A DNA stretch of 32,000 nucleotides, taken from the NCBI RefSeq assembly GCF_000008645.1, contig NC_000916.1:870001-902000 (forward strand), written 5' to 3'. The DNA comes from Methanothermobacter thermautotrophicus str. Delta H. Lineage in GTDB: Archaea > Methanobacteriota > Methanobacteria > Methanobacteriales > Methanothermobacteraceae. Under the pieces are notes generated by a model. It was not told where the DNA came from. It did no database searches and worked only from the letters and a program-made list of their open reading frames with translations. Position numbers and translations under genes: made by a program. This document shows, in pieces, positions 9,166-18,392 of the stretch; the first letter of the stretch is position 1; the number at the start of each line of letters is the position of its first letter.

Positions 9166-10470
9166 TCACCTGCCAGACAGCTCCAGCATCACCTCAGCAA
9201 CAGGTTCCTGATCCGCCTCTTTTATAACCTCAAGCCTCTCTGTTTCATATCCAGGGTTCAGTTCCCTGAACTTCTCAACAATGTCATCCCAGGTGTAGGG
9301 TTCCTCGGGTTCACCCCGGGGGAGCTCCCTGTAGGCTGTAAGGACATCACCGTTTCTGAGCCTCACCGTCACCCTTGAAGGTCTCATGTTCCGGAGCTCC
9401 TCCATAGCAGGGTCCACCTCAATCCTTATCCGGGAGGCCATCTCTGGGGAAAATCCACCCTCAAGGTCTTCAACCCTCAGCTCTCCCCCCTCAAGCAGTA
9501 TGCCCAGTGAGACCGGGAGGCTCTGCCGCACAGCCTCCACGGTAGCCGGGGAGTAACTGTCATGCTCTGCTGCGATCCTGTAGGTTGAGACTATGACCTC
9601 CTCTATCTCCGATGCCCTGAAATCATTCTCCCTGATTATCTCGGCTGCAGCATCCAGGGTGGAGTGGAGGTGCCTGCAGACAGGGTACCTCTTGAGGTAA
9701 ACGTTCCTTATATGGAAAGCTCCGACTTCGGGTGATTCACCCCCGTAGCCATCTGAACGGCACATTGCACGCAGGAATCCCTCATCTCCCTCGATCACTG
9801 ATTCTGCGCCTGTGAATCCCTGGGAAGCGAGCCTGGCGGATATCAGGCCAGACTGGGCTGCCCTGCCCGCGTGGAGGTGCTTTGCCATCGTCCCGGCATG
9901 GTCAGATTCCAGGAGCCCTGCTGCCTGGGTGCCTGCAATCCCCAGGGCATTGACGACGGCATCCACATCGGAACAGATGATCCTTGAGGCTGCCGCTGCA
10001 GCTCCGAATGTTCCGCAGGTCCCTGTCGTATGGAATCCAAGCTCCCTGTGTCCTGGATTGGCGAGGATGCCCATGAAGATTGCTGCCTCGTATCCGGCGA
10101 CCATGGCTGTTATGAAGTCCCTGAAGGTGGCCCCGGTTGCCTCGGCAGCTGCAAGGGCTGCCGGGATCACACATGAACCAGGGTGCATCTGGGCCCCCCG
10201 GTGTCCATCGTCAAGGTCAAGGTTATGGGCGAATATGCCATTGAGGAGGGCTGCCCTTTCGGTGTCGCCCCTGCCATGGCCGATGATGGTGGCCCCGCCT
10301 GAGCCCTTACCCATGGCCCCCAGTGCCATCAGCCCGCTCATCTCAGAGGAGCCCCTCAGTGCAACTCCAAGGAAGTCCAGGAAGCATAGTCTGGCCATTT
10401 CAGTGGCATCTGGGGGTATGTCACTGTATGAGAGTGATGATACAAACTCCGCAAGTCTTCTGGTCATCAT
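9166..10470 (-). CDS. MmgE/PrpD family protein (2-methylcitrate dehydratase-like)
   Basis: MTRRLAEFVSSLSYSDIPPDATEMARLCFLDFLGVALRG..., GIFAHNLDLDDGHRGAQMHPGSCVIPAALAAAEATG, GYEAAIFMG; classical MmgE/PrpD family pattern. Supplied ORF begins at 10524; ATG at 10470 (or 10467) is the likely start. Confidence 0.88.
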   Translation of the reverse strand: MMTRRLAEFVSSLSYSDIPPDATEMARLCFLDFLGVALRGSSEMSGLMALGAMGKGSGGATIIGHGRGDTERAALLNGIFAHNLDLDDGHRGAQMHPGSCVIPAALAAAEATGATFRDFITAMVAGYEAAIFMGILANPGHRELGFHTTGTCGTFGAAAAASRIICSDVDAVVNALGIAGTQAAGLLESDHAGTMAKHLHAGRAAQSGLISARLASQGFTGAESVIEGDEGFLRAMCRSDGYGGESPEVGAFHIRNVYLKRYPVCRHLHSTLDAAAEIIRENDFRASEIEEVIVSTYRIAAEHDSYSPATVEAVRQSLPVSLGILLEGGELRVEDLEGGFSPEMASRIRIEVDPAMEELRNMRPSRVTVRLRNGDVLTAYRELPRGEPEEPYTWDDIVEKFRELNPGYETERLEVIKEADQEPVAEVMLELSGR

Positions 10471-10508
10471 TGATCCTACTATGTTGCCTTTAAATATAAC
10501 AGTGATTG

Positions 10509-11843
10509 TTATAAATCTTCCCATTTTTTATTAAGGGGGTCTGATTGCCGGGTGCTGCTGCTCTCAGTGGCTTCGGAGGGCGGGGAGCTGATTCCCATCC
10601 TCACGAGCTGCTTTGAGAGGTGCCTTCTGGCACAGGTTGGCACCTCATAGTATCCCTCACCAACTGACCTTTCAAGGGCCCTCCTGACCTTCCTGGAGCT
10701 TCTAAGCCTCCTTCCACAGGATGGGCACTTGAAACCCTTGTTCCTCCCGGCAGACTTCATGCGCTTACCGCAGGTGCAGATGGGGTTTTCCTCAACGTAG
10801 AGCTCTGCAAGCCTTTCGAGGTGGATCTTCTCGATGTTCATGGTCCCCTGGGCACCAATACCCCCGTAGACCGTGAGCACATCTCCGGGTATGAGTTCAA
10901 GGATGATCTTCCTGAAGTCCTTTGTGGGCTCGTAGGCTCCACATTCAATCTGGCCGGAGTCATCACCGAGGGTGAAGAACACATGGCCCCCCTCGATCAC
11001 CCTCGGACCGTCGATAACCTCACCCCGCACCCTGTAGCATCCGAAGGTCTCCATGTCTGCGATCCTCCCGGCGTCCTGTATGTGCTGGTCGGTGTGCTGG
11101 TTGGTCTCAAAGATGCAGTACCTTTCAACCTCCTCGTCAACACGGACCATCTCCATCGCCCTCAGGAGGACCTCCGGGGACTCTCCCCGTATACCGTAGA
11201 GTATGGGGCAGGGTGTGTGGGGTTCTATTGCAATGTAGTCTCCATCGATGTTATCAAAGGTTTCAGAACCGGTTTCATCATCCATCCTTGCAACCGACTC
11301 AGGGTCGATACGCCTGGGCTTACCATAGTTCTCAGGGACCCTGTAGGTCAGGAGTTCATAGGTGGAGTCATCCAGGGGGCATCCAATGGCTGCAAGGGCG
11401 CCTATGATACCCCTCCCCTTCTTGAAACCGTGAACCTCTGCACCGACCCTCTCTGCGAGCCTCCGGGCGTCCTCTATCCTGAGTATCCTCCTTATGGCTG
11501 ACAGGGCGAATTCCCTCATCTCCTCTGTGATCTCGCCGGTGTAGAATACAACGCCCGGGTTGGTCCTCTCACTATCAAGCTCGGCGAGTTCCTCCACCCC
11601 TTCAAGGACAATCCCCTTTACGGTGTTAAGGTCCTCCCTGGACTCTGCCAGCACAGTGAAGGTGACCGCACCGTTGCCACGGGTCTTGTGGGGTGCGAAG
11701 GGGTTGAGCCTTATCAGCCGGGGATGGTCCTCAAGGGAGAAACCGCAACTTTTAAGTTCCTGGATTATGACACATGATATATAGGTGGTGCACATCCCTT
11801 CAGGGGAATCTGTATCATCTATACCAACATGAAGCCTGTACAT
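10509..11843 (-). CDS. tiaS: tRNA(Ile2) 2-agmatinylcytidine synthetase TiaS
   Basis: MYRLHVGIDDTDSPEGMCTTY..., CPILYGIRGESPEVLLRA, C-terminal CTCGKRMKSAGRNKGFKCPSCGRR zinc ribbon. ATG at 11843 with SD AGGTGA; ORF track start at 11891 is too far upstream. Confidence 0.93.
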   Translation of the reverse strand: MYRLHVGIDDTDSPEGMCTTYISCVIIQELKSCGFSLEDHPRLIRLNPFAPHKTRGNGAVTFTVLAESREDLNTVKGIVLEGVEELAELDSERTNPGVVFYTGEITEEMREFALSAIRRILRIEDARRLAERVGAEVHGFKKGRGIIGALAAIGCPLDDSTYELLTYRVPENYGKPRRIDPESVARMDDETGSETFDNIDGDYIAIEPHTPCPILYGIRGESPEVLLRAMEMVRVDEEVERYCIFETNQHTDQHIQDAGRIADMETFGCYRVRGEVIDGPRVIEGGHVFFTLGDDSGQIECGAYEPTKDFRKIILELIPGDVLTVYGGIGAQGTMNIEKIHLERLAELYVEENPICTCGKRMKSAGRNKGFKCPSCGRRLRSSRKVRRALERSVGEGYYEVPTCARRHLSKQLVRMGISSPPSEATESSSTRQSDPLNKKWEDL

Positions 11844-11848
11844 TACAT

Positions 11849-11859
11849 TCACCTGGTGA
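11849..11859. promoter_or_regulatory. Shared bidirectional Shine-Dalgarno near-palindrome TCACC-T-GGTGA
   Basis: Minus strand gives AGGTGA 5 nt before the tiaS ATG (11843); plus strand gives GGTGATC (11855-11861) just before the TTG at 11865. Confidence 0.75.
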
Positions 11860-11864
11860 TCTAA

Positions 11865-12800
11865 TTGGATAAATCCATTAAAAGGGAGCATGTATTAAGG
11901 GAGATACATGAACTTCTTGCCAGCAATGGGTTTGAGACATCACACATATATGAGCGGAGCTGCTTTGACCTCATGGCAAGAAGGAAACTATTACTTCTCT
12001 TACTTAAGGTCCTTGTAAACATTGATGGTATAAATAGTTTGCAGGCCCATGAGATAAGAACCCTTGCACATACCTTCCTTGCCTCACCAATTATTGTAGG
12101 TGTGAGGTCAAAGACCGAACCCCTTAAGGAGGATGTTGTCTATGAGAGGCACGGTATCCCGGCAGTGGCCCCTGAGACCTTCAGGAACATGGTGGCTGAT
12201 GGTGAGTACCCTGAGATAATCGCTGACCGGGGCGGCTACTATGTCCATATAGACGGTAAAACCCTCAGGGAGGTCCGTGAGGAGTACAACCTCTCACTTA
12301 AGGACCTGGCTGACCTCGCCCATGTCTCCAGGAAGACCATCTACAAGTATGAGAATGGACTTGCAAGGGCCTCGGCCGAGACAGCCATGATCCTGGAGGA
12401 GATACTTAACATCAGGATAACCCTCTCCATTGACATATTCAGTGTACCCGATAGGGATGAAATTGAGATAAAACCATCAGGTAGACTTGCTGATATCGGT
12501 TTTGGCATGATAGAAACCCACAAAACCCCCTTTGATGCCGTGGCAAAGGAGATCAAGTTTGATAATACGGTGATAACCAACCTTGAGAAGGAGAGGGATT
12601 CAAGGACCCTGCGGAGGATGGCTGTCCCGCTCAAGGATCTTTCCCTTGTAAGTGGCTCCGAGTCAGTGTTCATAATCGATAATCCAAGGATAAATGAAAA
12701 CATTGAGGGAATCCCCGTCATCAAGAGCTGGGAAATCGGTGAAATGGAGAGCAGCAGGGAGTTCCTCAAGGTCATAGCCGAGAGGAAAACCTGCAGTTAG
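11865..12800 (+). CDS. Archaeal HTH-type transcriptional regulator (Xre-like HTH in C-terminal half)
   Basis: 311 aa; LREVREEYNLSLKDLADLAHVSRKTIYKYENGLARASAETAMILEEIL is a clear Cro/C1-type HTH. TTG start behind GGTGATC. Confidence 0.85.
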   Translation: MDKSIKREHVLREIHELLASNGFETSHIYERSCFDLMARRKLLLLLLKVLVNIDGINSLQAHEIRTLAHTFLASPIIVGVRSKTEPLKEDVVYERHGIPAVAPETFRNMVADGEYPEIIADRGGYYVHIDGKTLREVREEYNLSLKDLADLAHVSRKTIYKYENGLARASAETAMILEEILNIRITLSIDIFSVPDRDEIEIKPSGRLADIGFGMIETHKTPFDAVAKEIKFDNTVITNLEKERDSRTLRRMAVPLKDLSLVSGSESVFIIDNPRINENIEGIPVIKSWEIGEMESSREFLKVIAERKTCS

Positions 12801-12991
12801 TGTATGAGGGTATCCCCTCTGTTCTTAGGTGAACACGGCACAAGCTGCGCGGGAGGACATCTATTTTTTCAATCCCATCCCTCTGACCGGGCATGCTGTG
12901 AAAGACCTCTTAATATCAGTCATCTGGGCTTTCAATAGAACACCCCCTTCAATCTCTCTCAAAGGGCAACCACAAAAGAGGATTGGAAGGG

Positions 12992-13456
12992 TCAGTAATA
13001 GTCCCAGACAGTAACCTCCCAGTCCTCAATCTCATAGGCGTATACAGATATGCAGTAGTATCCCGGGCCCCCTGAAACCTCTATCATTTTCTTCTTCCTT
13101 GTCGGTGACTCTGTTGGACCCCATTCAGCGGTGGCCGATGCCAGGGTCTGGCCATCCCTGAGGACATCCACTGTCACCGTGTTCACATCGTAATTGATTA
13201 TCGGTGCAGCCGACATCACCACCTTGAACTTGTTTCCCCTGATATCAACGCACCTGTAATCAGATCCAGAGCCTGTGAAGCTCATAACCCTGTGCCAGGA
13301 TGGACCCTGAGGGCTTCCGGTCACCCCCTCGTCACCCTCAATGGTGACATCATAGTGGTCTGCAGTGGACCTTTTCAGGAAAACACCGGAGAGGAACCCC
13401 AGAGATCCTATGAGAACAAAACATACCACGATAAGTACCTTTGTTGTATTATCCAA
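12992..13456 (-). CDS. Small membrane-anchored/secreted hypothetical protein
   Basis: 154 aa with N-terminal TM segment (TKVLIVVCFVLIGSLGFLSGVFL); start is TTG at 13456 behind GGGAGGTG (6-nt spacer). Confidence 0.65.
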   Translation of the reverse strand: MDNTTKVLIVVCFVLIGSLGFLSGVFLKRSTADHYDVTIEGDEGVTGSPQGPSWHRVMSFTGSGSDYRCVDIRGNKFKVVMSAAPIINYDVNTVTVDVLRDGQTLASATAEWGPTESPTRKKKMIEVSGGPGYYCISVYAYEIEDWEVTVWDYY

Positions 13457-13634
13457 GATTTACACCTCCCGAGATTCATATGGAAAAAACTTGTGATGTA
13501 GCAACCTGAAAGCTGTGGACGGATTAAATCAGCTCCCGGTGCCCGGCAGTTTCCGGAACCTGACCTCTTACTGCAGAGACAAACTGTTTCATCACCTCCA
13601 GTGCAGCTCTAACTCCAGAATAAGGGAGAATCCA

Positions 13635-14375
13635 TCACCTCCCGAAGAGTTCGCTGAATGTCTCCCTTGCCTCGGATACCGATGCAACACCAACGGCAAC
13701 CATGTCCACATAGTCAAGGCCCCCTATGAATTCAAATGCCTCCGCTGGCGGTATTATCCCCGCTGCAAGGACCTTCTCTGCGACAACCGTTTTCCCGAGT
13801 TCACTGAGGAGCCTTCCGAGTTCCTTCCGCGCATCCTCAAGGAAAACAGAAAAATCTGTCATGTAGCCAAGTCTGTTGACGGGGATCATGTAGAGTTCGA
13901 AGTTATCAACACCCTCCTCAATCAGCCTGAGGGTTGTCTCCCGTGGCATGGTTGTTGCAAGGCCCCTGAGCATCCCCTCAATACCATCCAGAATCTCAGC
14001 AACCTCAGAGGCTTCAAGAAGATCTGTGTAGTGTTCATCAAGGAGCACCGCAGCGGACCCAAGGTCTGAGAGGGTCTGGAGGTCCTCCTCAAGGTGTTCA
14101 TGCCTCAGGGTACCCATGAGGGTGAGTTCACAGCCGGCATCCCTCGCCATCTCAAGGGCCTCAAGGACCTGCTTCTCTGGTATGACCTGGAAACCCCTCA
14201 CACCAAGATCATATGATTCAACAATCACCTCCGCGATGGCCCCTGGCCGGTTTTTGAGGTCCATCTCATAGAGCCTTGACCTGTGCCCGAAGTAGGTCGC
14301 TGCTGTGAAGGGTGCGCTCCCCAGGAATGCTGCCGGCAGTTCCACGCCATTAACGGTGACTGATCCACTGAACAT
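13635..14375 (-). CDS. Conserved archaeal protein, possibly TIM-barrel-like
   Basis: Supplied ORF 13635..14462; start likely ATG 14375 (MFSGSVTVNGVELPAAFLGSAPF...) preceded by GGAGG. Segments such as YDLGVRGFQVIPEKQVLEALEMARDAG and FIGGLDYVDMVAVGVASVSEA suggest an alpha/beta barrel. Confidence 0.6.
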   Translation of the reverse strand: MFSGSVTVNGVELPAAFLGSAPFTAATYFGHRSRLYEMDLKNRPGAIAEVIVESYDLGVRGFQVIPEKQVLEALEMARDAGCELTLMGTLRHEHLEEDLQTLSDLGSAAVLLDEHYTDLLEASEVAEILDGIEGMLRGLATTMPRETTLRLIEEGVDNFELYMIPVNRLGYMTDFSVFLEDARKELGRLLSELGKTVVAEKVLAAGIIPPAEAFEFIGGLDYVDMVAVGVASVSEARETFSELFGR

Positions 14376-14539
14376 GATAATCCATCCTCCCTCTGATGGG
14401 ATATTGCAGCGGGCACCTGCATGGGATGCACACTGAACCCCGGTACCGGCTGATCCCACCAATAATTATAATATACACTACCTCTATAGATTCTTCTATC
14501 ATTCTATAAAATCTTCATTGTGATAAGTGTGGTGAAATT

Positions 14540-16117
14540 ATGTCCAGGATGAAAGTGCTTATTGCTGATTCCATCAATGAAAAGGGAATATCAGAACTCG
14601 AAGAGGTGGCTGAGGTTGTGGTCAACACCACCATAACCCCTGAGGAGCTCCTTGATGCCATAAAGGACTTTGATGCCATCGTTGTAAGGAGCAGGACAAA
14701 GGTTACGCGTGAGGTCATAGAGGCGGCGCCCCGCCTCAAGATAATAGCAAGGGCCGGTGTGGGTGTTGACAACGTTGATGTTAAGGCTGCCACCGACCGG
14801 GGTATAATGGTGATAAACGCCCCTGAGTCCACATCCATAACGGTTGCAGAACACTCAATCGGTCTCATGCTCGCACTTGCAAGGAAGATTGCAATCGCAG
14901 ACAGGTCCGTGAAGGAGGGTAAATGGGAGAAGAACCGGTTCATGGGTATCGAGCTCAACGGCAAGACCCTGGGTATAATCGGTATGGGTCGCATAGGCTC
15001 ACAGGTCGTTGTGAGGACAAAGGCCTTCGGCATGGACATAATGGTCTACGACCCCTACATAAGCAAGGAGGCTGCCGAGGAGATGGGTGTGACCGTCACA
15101 GACCTTGAAACCCTCCTGAGGGAATCAGATATAGTGACCATACACGTCCCCCTCACACCCGAGACAAGGCACCTCATCTCAGAGGATGAATTCAAATTGA
15201 TGAAGGACACGGCCTTCATAGTGAACTGTGCCCGTGGCGGTATAATCGATGAGGACGCCCTCTACAGGGCCCTTAAGGATGGTGAAATAGCCGGCGCAGC
15301 CCTTGACGTCTTTGAGGAGGAGCCTCCTGAGGGCAGCCCGCTCCTTGAACTTGAAAATGTGGTCCTGACACCACACATAGGAGCCTCCACCTCTGAGGCC
15401 CAGAGGGACGCCGCCATCATAGTTGCAAATGAGATAAAAACGGTTTTCCAGGGCGGTGCACCGAGGAACGTCCTCAACATGCCGGTGATGGACTCAGAGA
15501 CCTACAAGTCCCTCAAACCATACATTGAACTGGCAGAGAAGATGGGGGCCATCATCGCACAGGCACTCCCGGGTAACATAGAGAAACTTGATGTCACATA
15601 CTGCGGTGAACTGGCAGAGATGCAGTTCGACATCCTCACAAGGACCATGCTCCAGGCCATACTCAACCCCATCCTCACAGAACCAGTTAACCTCATAAAT
15701 GCGCCCTCAATTGCAAAGAAGAGGGGTATAATGGTTACAGAGGCCCGCCGGTCTGAGTCAGATGGTTACAGGTCAATCATAATCGCCACTGCAGAATCAG
15801 ACAGGGGCGGGTTCAGTGTGGAGGCAACACACATCAAGGAGCCTACCATAATCGGGATCAACGGTTACAGGGTCGATGTGAAACCTGAGGGTACCATGAT
15901 AATAGCACGCTACAGGGACCTCCCGGGTACCATCGGCGCCATAGGAACAAAGCTCGGCCAGCACGGTATAAACATTGCAACCATGCAGGTCGGCAGGAAG
16001 GAGATCGGCGGTGAGGCTGTGATGGTCCTCAAGGTCGATCAGAGTGTCCCGGCAGAGGTCATCGAGGAGGTTAAGAAGCTGGACAACGTGGATGATGCGG
16101 TTGCAATAGAGATCTAA
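14540..16117 (+). CDS. serA: D-3-phosphoglycerate dehydrogenase
   Basis: 525 aa; [39 protein letters not shown]-type [30 protein letters not shown]-terminal ACT-like segment ([32 protein letters not shown]). Confidence 0.96.
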
Positions 16118-16150
16118 CCCCAGTATCCCTGAGATCCAGCCATTACCTTT

Positions 16151-16243
16151 TTTTCTTATAAAACGTTTATTCCTCAGAAGATTCCATTTCATGTTTCCTT
16201 TTCTTATAAAACCCTTATCCGCCTAATCTAATTTCATGTTTCC
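16151..16243 (+). repeat. Imperfect tandem duplication, about 45-48 bp x 2
   Basis: Copy 1 ttttcttataaaacgtttattcctcagaagattccatttcatgtttcc (16151-16198); copy 2 ttttcttataaaacccttatccgcctaatctaatttcatgtttcc (16199-16243). Confidence 0.85.
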
Positions 16244-16300
16244 CCTGAGACGGACACACATGTGGCTCCCGGGCTCTGCACCATCCAATCCAGTTTATTA

Positions 16301-16389
16301 TTCAGCTACAGACATCAGGGAACAACCTCAAAATCAACAATTCAGCTACAGACATCCAGCCAATCAGGGAACAACCTCAAAATCCACGG
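16301..16389 (+). repeat. Tandem duplication, 40-bp and 49-bp units
   Basis: ttcagctacagacatcagggaacaacctcaaaatcaacaa (16301-16340) followed from 16341 by ttcagctacagacatccagccaatcagggaacaacctcaaaatccac; second copy has a 9-bp insertion. Confidence 0.9.
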
Positions 16390-16798
16390 GATCCCCGTTC
16401 CTTGTGTATGCCGCCACGGTCTCCATGGTGTAGGGGTGGGCTATTATAAGATGGAACAGCCCATTCTTTGAAAAGAAGTGGAGATCTGCAGCTGATGGGA
16501 GGTTCACAGGCCCTGGGTGGGAGTGAACCGACCCGACTGCACCGGTAAAGGGTGGAAGCATGAGCACATCCATGACAGCCCCCTCATCTGATGTCTCTGA
16601 TGGTAGAAATATCAGACCGGTCACATGGAGCACCTCACCCTCCTGCCTTCCCTCAAGTAGGGCTGCGAATTCATGGGGATGGGACCTTCTGGCTATCTCA
16701 AGGACCTCATCCATGACCTCAGAGTCAACAACAACACGCCTGACCGGTTTAAAACCGGCTAAAGCAAATATCTTCTCAACTAAACCCATAGGATACAC
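16364..16798 (-). CDS. JAMM/Mov34/MPN family metalloprotease (archaeal SAMP/ubiquitin-like deconjugating type)
   Basis: 144 aa with HEFAALLEG and the JAMM motif GSVHSHPGPVNLPSAADLHFF. Confidence 0.85.
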   Translation of the reverse strand: MYPMGLVEKIFALAGFKPVRRVVVDSEVMDEVLEIARRSHPHEFAALLEGRQEGEVLHVTGLIFLPSETSDEGAVMDVLMLPPFTGAVGSVHSHPGPVNLPSAADLHFFSKNGLFHLIIAHPYTMETVAAYTRNGDPVDFEVVP

Positions 16799-16866
16799 TC
16801 AGATACTCTTATTACGTAATCTCCGGCTAAACCCCGGATGATACACTCAGATATTATTTTTACCTG

Positions 16867-17607
16867 CTATCTCATGAGACCCTCAAAGAATTCATCCGTG
16901 AAGAGGGGGAGTTCAAGGTCAACCTTCACCCTCATCCTCACAGCAGATACCTCCTCATCCCTGATGGGGTTGTATCCCCTCACCCTGTGGGGTACGCGGT
17001 AGACCCCCACGCCCCTCCTCTGCCAGGCAGGGACACGCGATATGTTCACCCCCCTCTCAAAGAGAAGGTCGTGGAGGGAATCCGACTTCAATCCCCTGAG
17101 CCTCTCAGCAGCCCTTCTGGCCCCAACCTCCCGCCGGAGGGTCCAGTAGGCGTAGCTGTTGAGGCAGTTCCTCCAGGACTCATCCTGCCTTGACCTGAAG
17201 TACTCCGGGACAATGTCTGAGGAGATGGGTATCACCCGGCAGTCAAATGAAACCGGCTTAACCGGTGAAAAACCTGCCTCCAGTGCACCCCTGGTGAAGG
17301 AGGATGATGCGAACCCGGAGAATACAGAGTCAAGCTTCTCAACCCTCCCGGCAAATGGTACAGAGTCAAGTAGCACGTTTATCTCATCAGAGAATGTGTA
17401 TATGAGGGAGGGGCTGAATTCCTCCATGAGGTCCAGGCATGTCCTGATCATGAGGTCCCTGAAGGCCTCATCATAGGGCCTATCAAAGTCAAGGGACTCT
17501 GTGAGCCTGTGGAATCCCCTGCCATCAAGTCTCAGGATCATCCTGGATGATGGTGGTGCCCTGAGCTTTGAGTAGACCTCGTGTTCGCGCATAGAATGAC
17601 CAGCCAT
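16867..17607 (-). CDS. thg1: tRNA(His) guanylyltransferase, Thg1 family
   Basis: LRAPPSSRMILRLDGRGFHRLTESLDFDRPYDEAF, YTFSDEINVLL; NSYAYWTLRREVGARRAAERLRG; MISR-like NISRVPAWQRRGVGVYR. Overlaps the nadX stop. Confidence 0.92.
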   Translation of the reverse strand: MAGHSMREHEVYSKLRAPPSSRMILRLDGRGFHRLTESLDFDRPYDEAFRDLMIRTCLDLMEEFSPSLIYTFSDEINVLLDSVPFAGRVEKLDSVFSGFASSSFTRGALEAGFSPVKPVSFDCRVIPISSDIVPEYFRSRQDESWRNCLNSYAYWTLRREVGARRAAERLRGLKSDSLHDLLFERGVNISRVPAWQRRGVGVYRVPHRVRGYNPIRDEEVSAVRMRVKVDLELPLFTDEFFEGLMR

Positions 17608-18380
17608 CAGGTTCCAATGTGTATGTTTTCACTGAGTGACTTGAGGAGTTTTATTGCTGAGTATGCCGCCATAACACTGGTCTTGGGGTTAACAGAGCAG
17701 CGGACATTCTCGGTTATTGTCTTGAACTCGCCAAAGTCCCCCCTGACCGTCACCTCATGGACGTTGCGGTCAACCGCGGGGTCGGCTATTATCTCAACAT
17801 CAACATCACGGTCACAGGCGAGGCTGAGGGCCGCGGCAACGTTAATGTTAAGCGGGAACTTCTTAACAGCCTCGGATGCCCTGCCCCTGTAGAGGACCTT
17901 CTTCTCATCCATGCTTATGCCAAGTGACCGGGGGGGTTTTCTTGTGATGAGCTTAACAGATTCAATGTTCCCCATGGACGCTGCCTTGAGACCATCCAGG
18001 CCCACTATGGCTCCTGAGGGAACATGAATGGTGGCGTCATTCAGGGATGCAAGTTCAACCAGCATCTCCCTGAGTTCCGGGTCCATGAGGGCTCCGACAC
18101 TCATGACAACAACGTCCTTCCCTGCCTCAAGTATCTCAGGAACCAGGTCCCTCACCGCCTCCGGTGAAGCGGCCTCAACCACGAGGTCCACCTCAGGGAG
18201 CATGTCGGCAACATCAAGCACCGCCCTCCCATCCACCATTGAGGCAAGGTTCTCTGCCCTCTCAAGGTCCCGGTCATAGAAGAAACCAAGTTTAACCGGT
18301 ACCCTGCCATCCCTCACAAAACCTGTGATGAGGTTGGCTATTGCACCGCAGCCAACTATACCCACCATCATCAGTATCAC
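17607..18380 (-). CDS. nadX: L-aspartate dehydrogenase
   Basis: [17 protein letters not shown]..., [72 protein letters not shown]. Confidence 0.94.
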   Translation of the reverse strand: MILMMVGIVGCGAIANLITGFVRDGRVPVKLGFFYDRDLERAENLASMVDGRAVLDVADMLPEVDLVVEAASPEAVRDLVPEILEAGKDVVVMSVGALMDPELREMLVELASLNDATIHVPSGAIVGLDGLKAASMGNIESVKLITRKPPRSLGISMDEKKVLYRGRASEAVKKFPLNINVAAALSLACDRDVDVEIIADPAVDRNVHEVTVRGDFGEFKTITENVRCSVNPKTSVMAAYSAIKLLKSLSENIHIGT

Positions 18381-18392
18381 GCAAAAATAGGA

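Noticed and set aside
10509-10524. Overlap between tiaS and the MmgE/PrpD ORF
   Set aside because: Disappears when the MmgE/PrpD start is placed at ATG 10470.
12341-12775. Minus-strand ORF of 144 aa within the HTH regulator
   Set aside because: Shadow ORF over a well-supported gene.
12829-13014. Plus-strand 61-aa ORF after the regulator
   Set aside because: No SD, no family resemblance, and it overlaps the end of the 12992..13456 gene.
14515-15039. Minus-strand ORF of 174 aa within serA
   Set aside because: Fully antisense to serA; composition typical of shadow ORFs.
16151-16389. Short repeats as a CRISPR array
   Set aside because: Only two copies each, adjacent with no spacers of uniform size, two unrelated repeat families, and no cas genes nearby.
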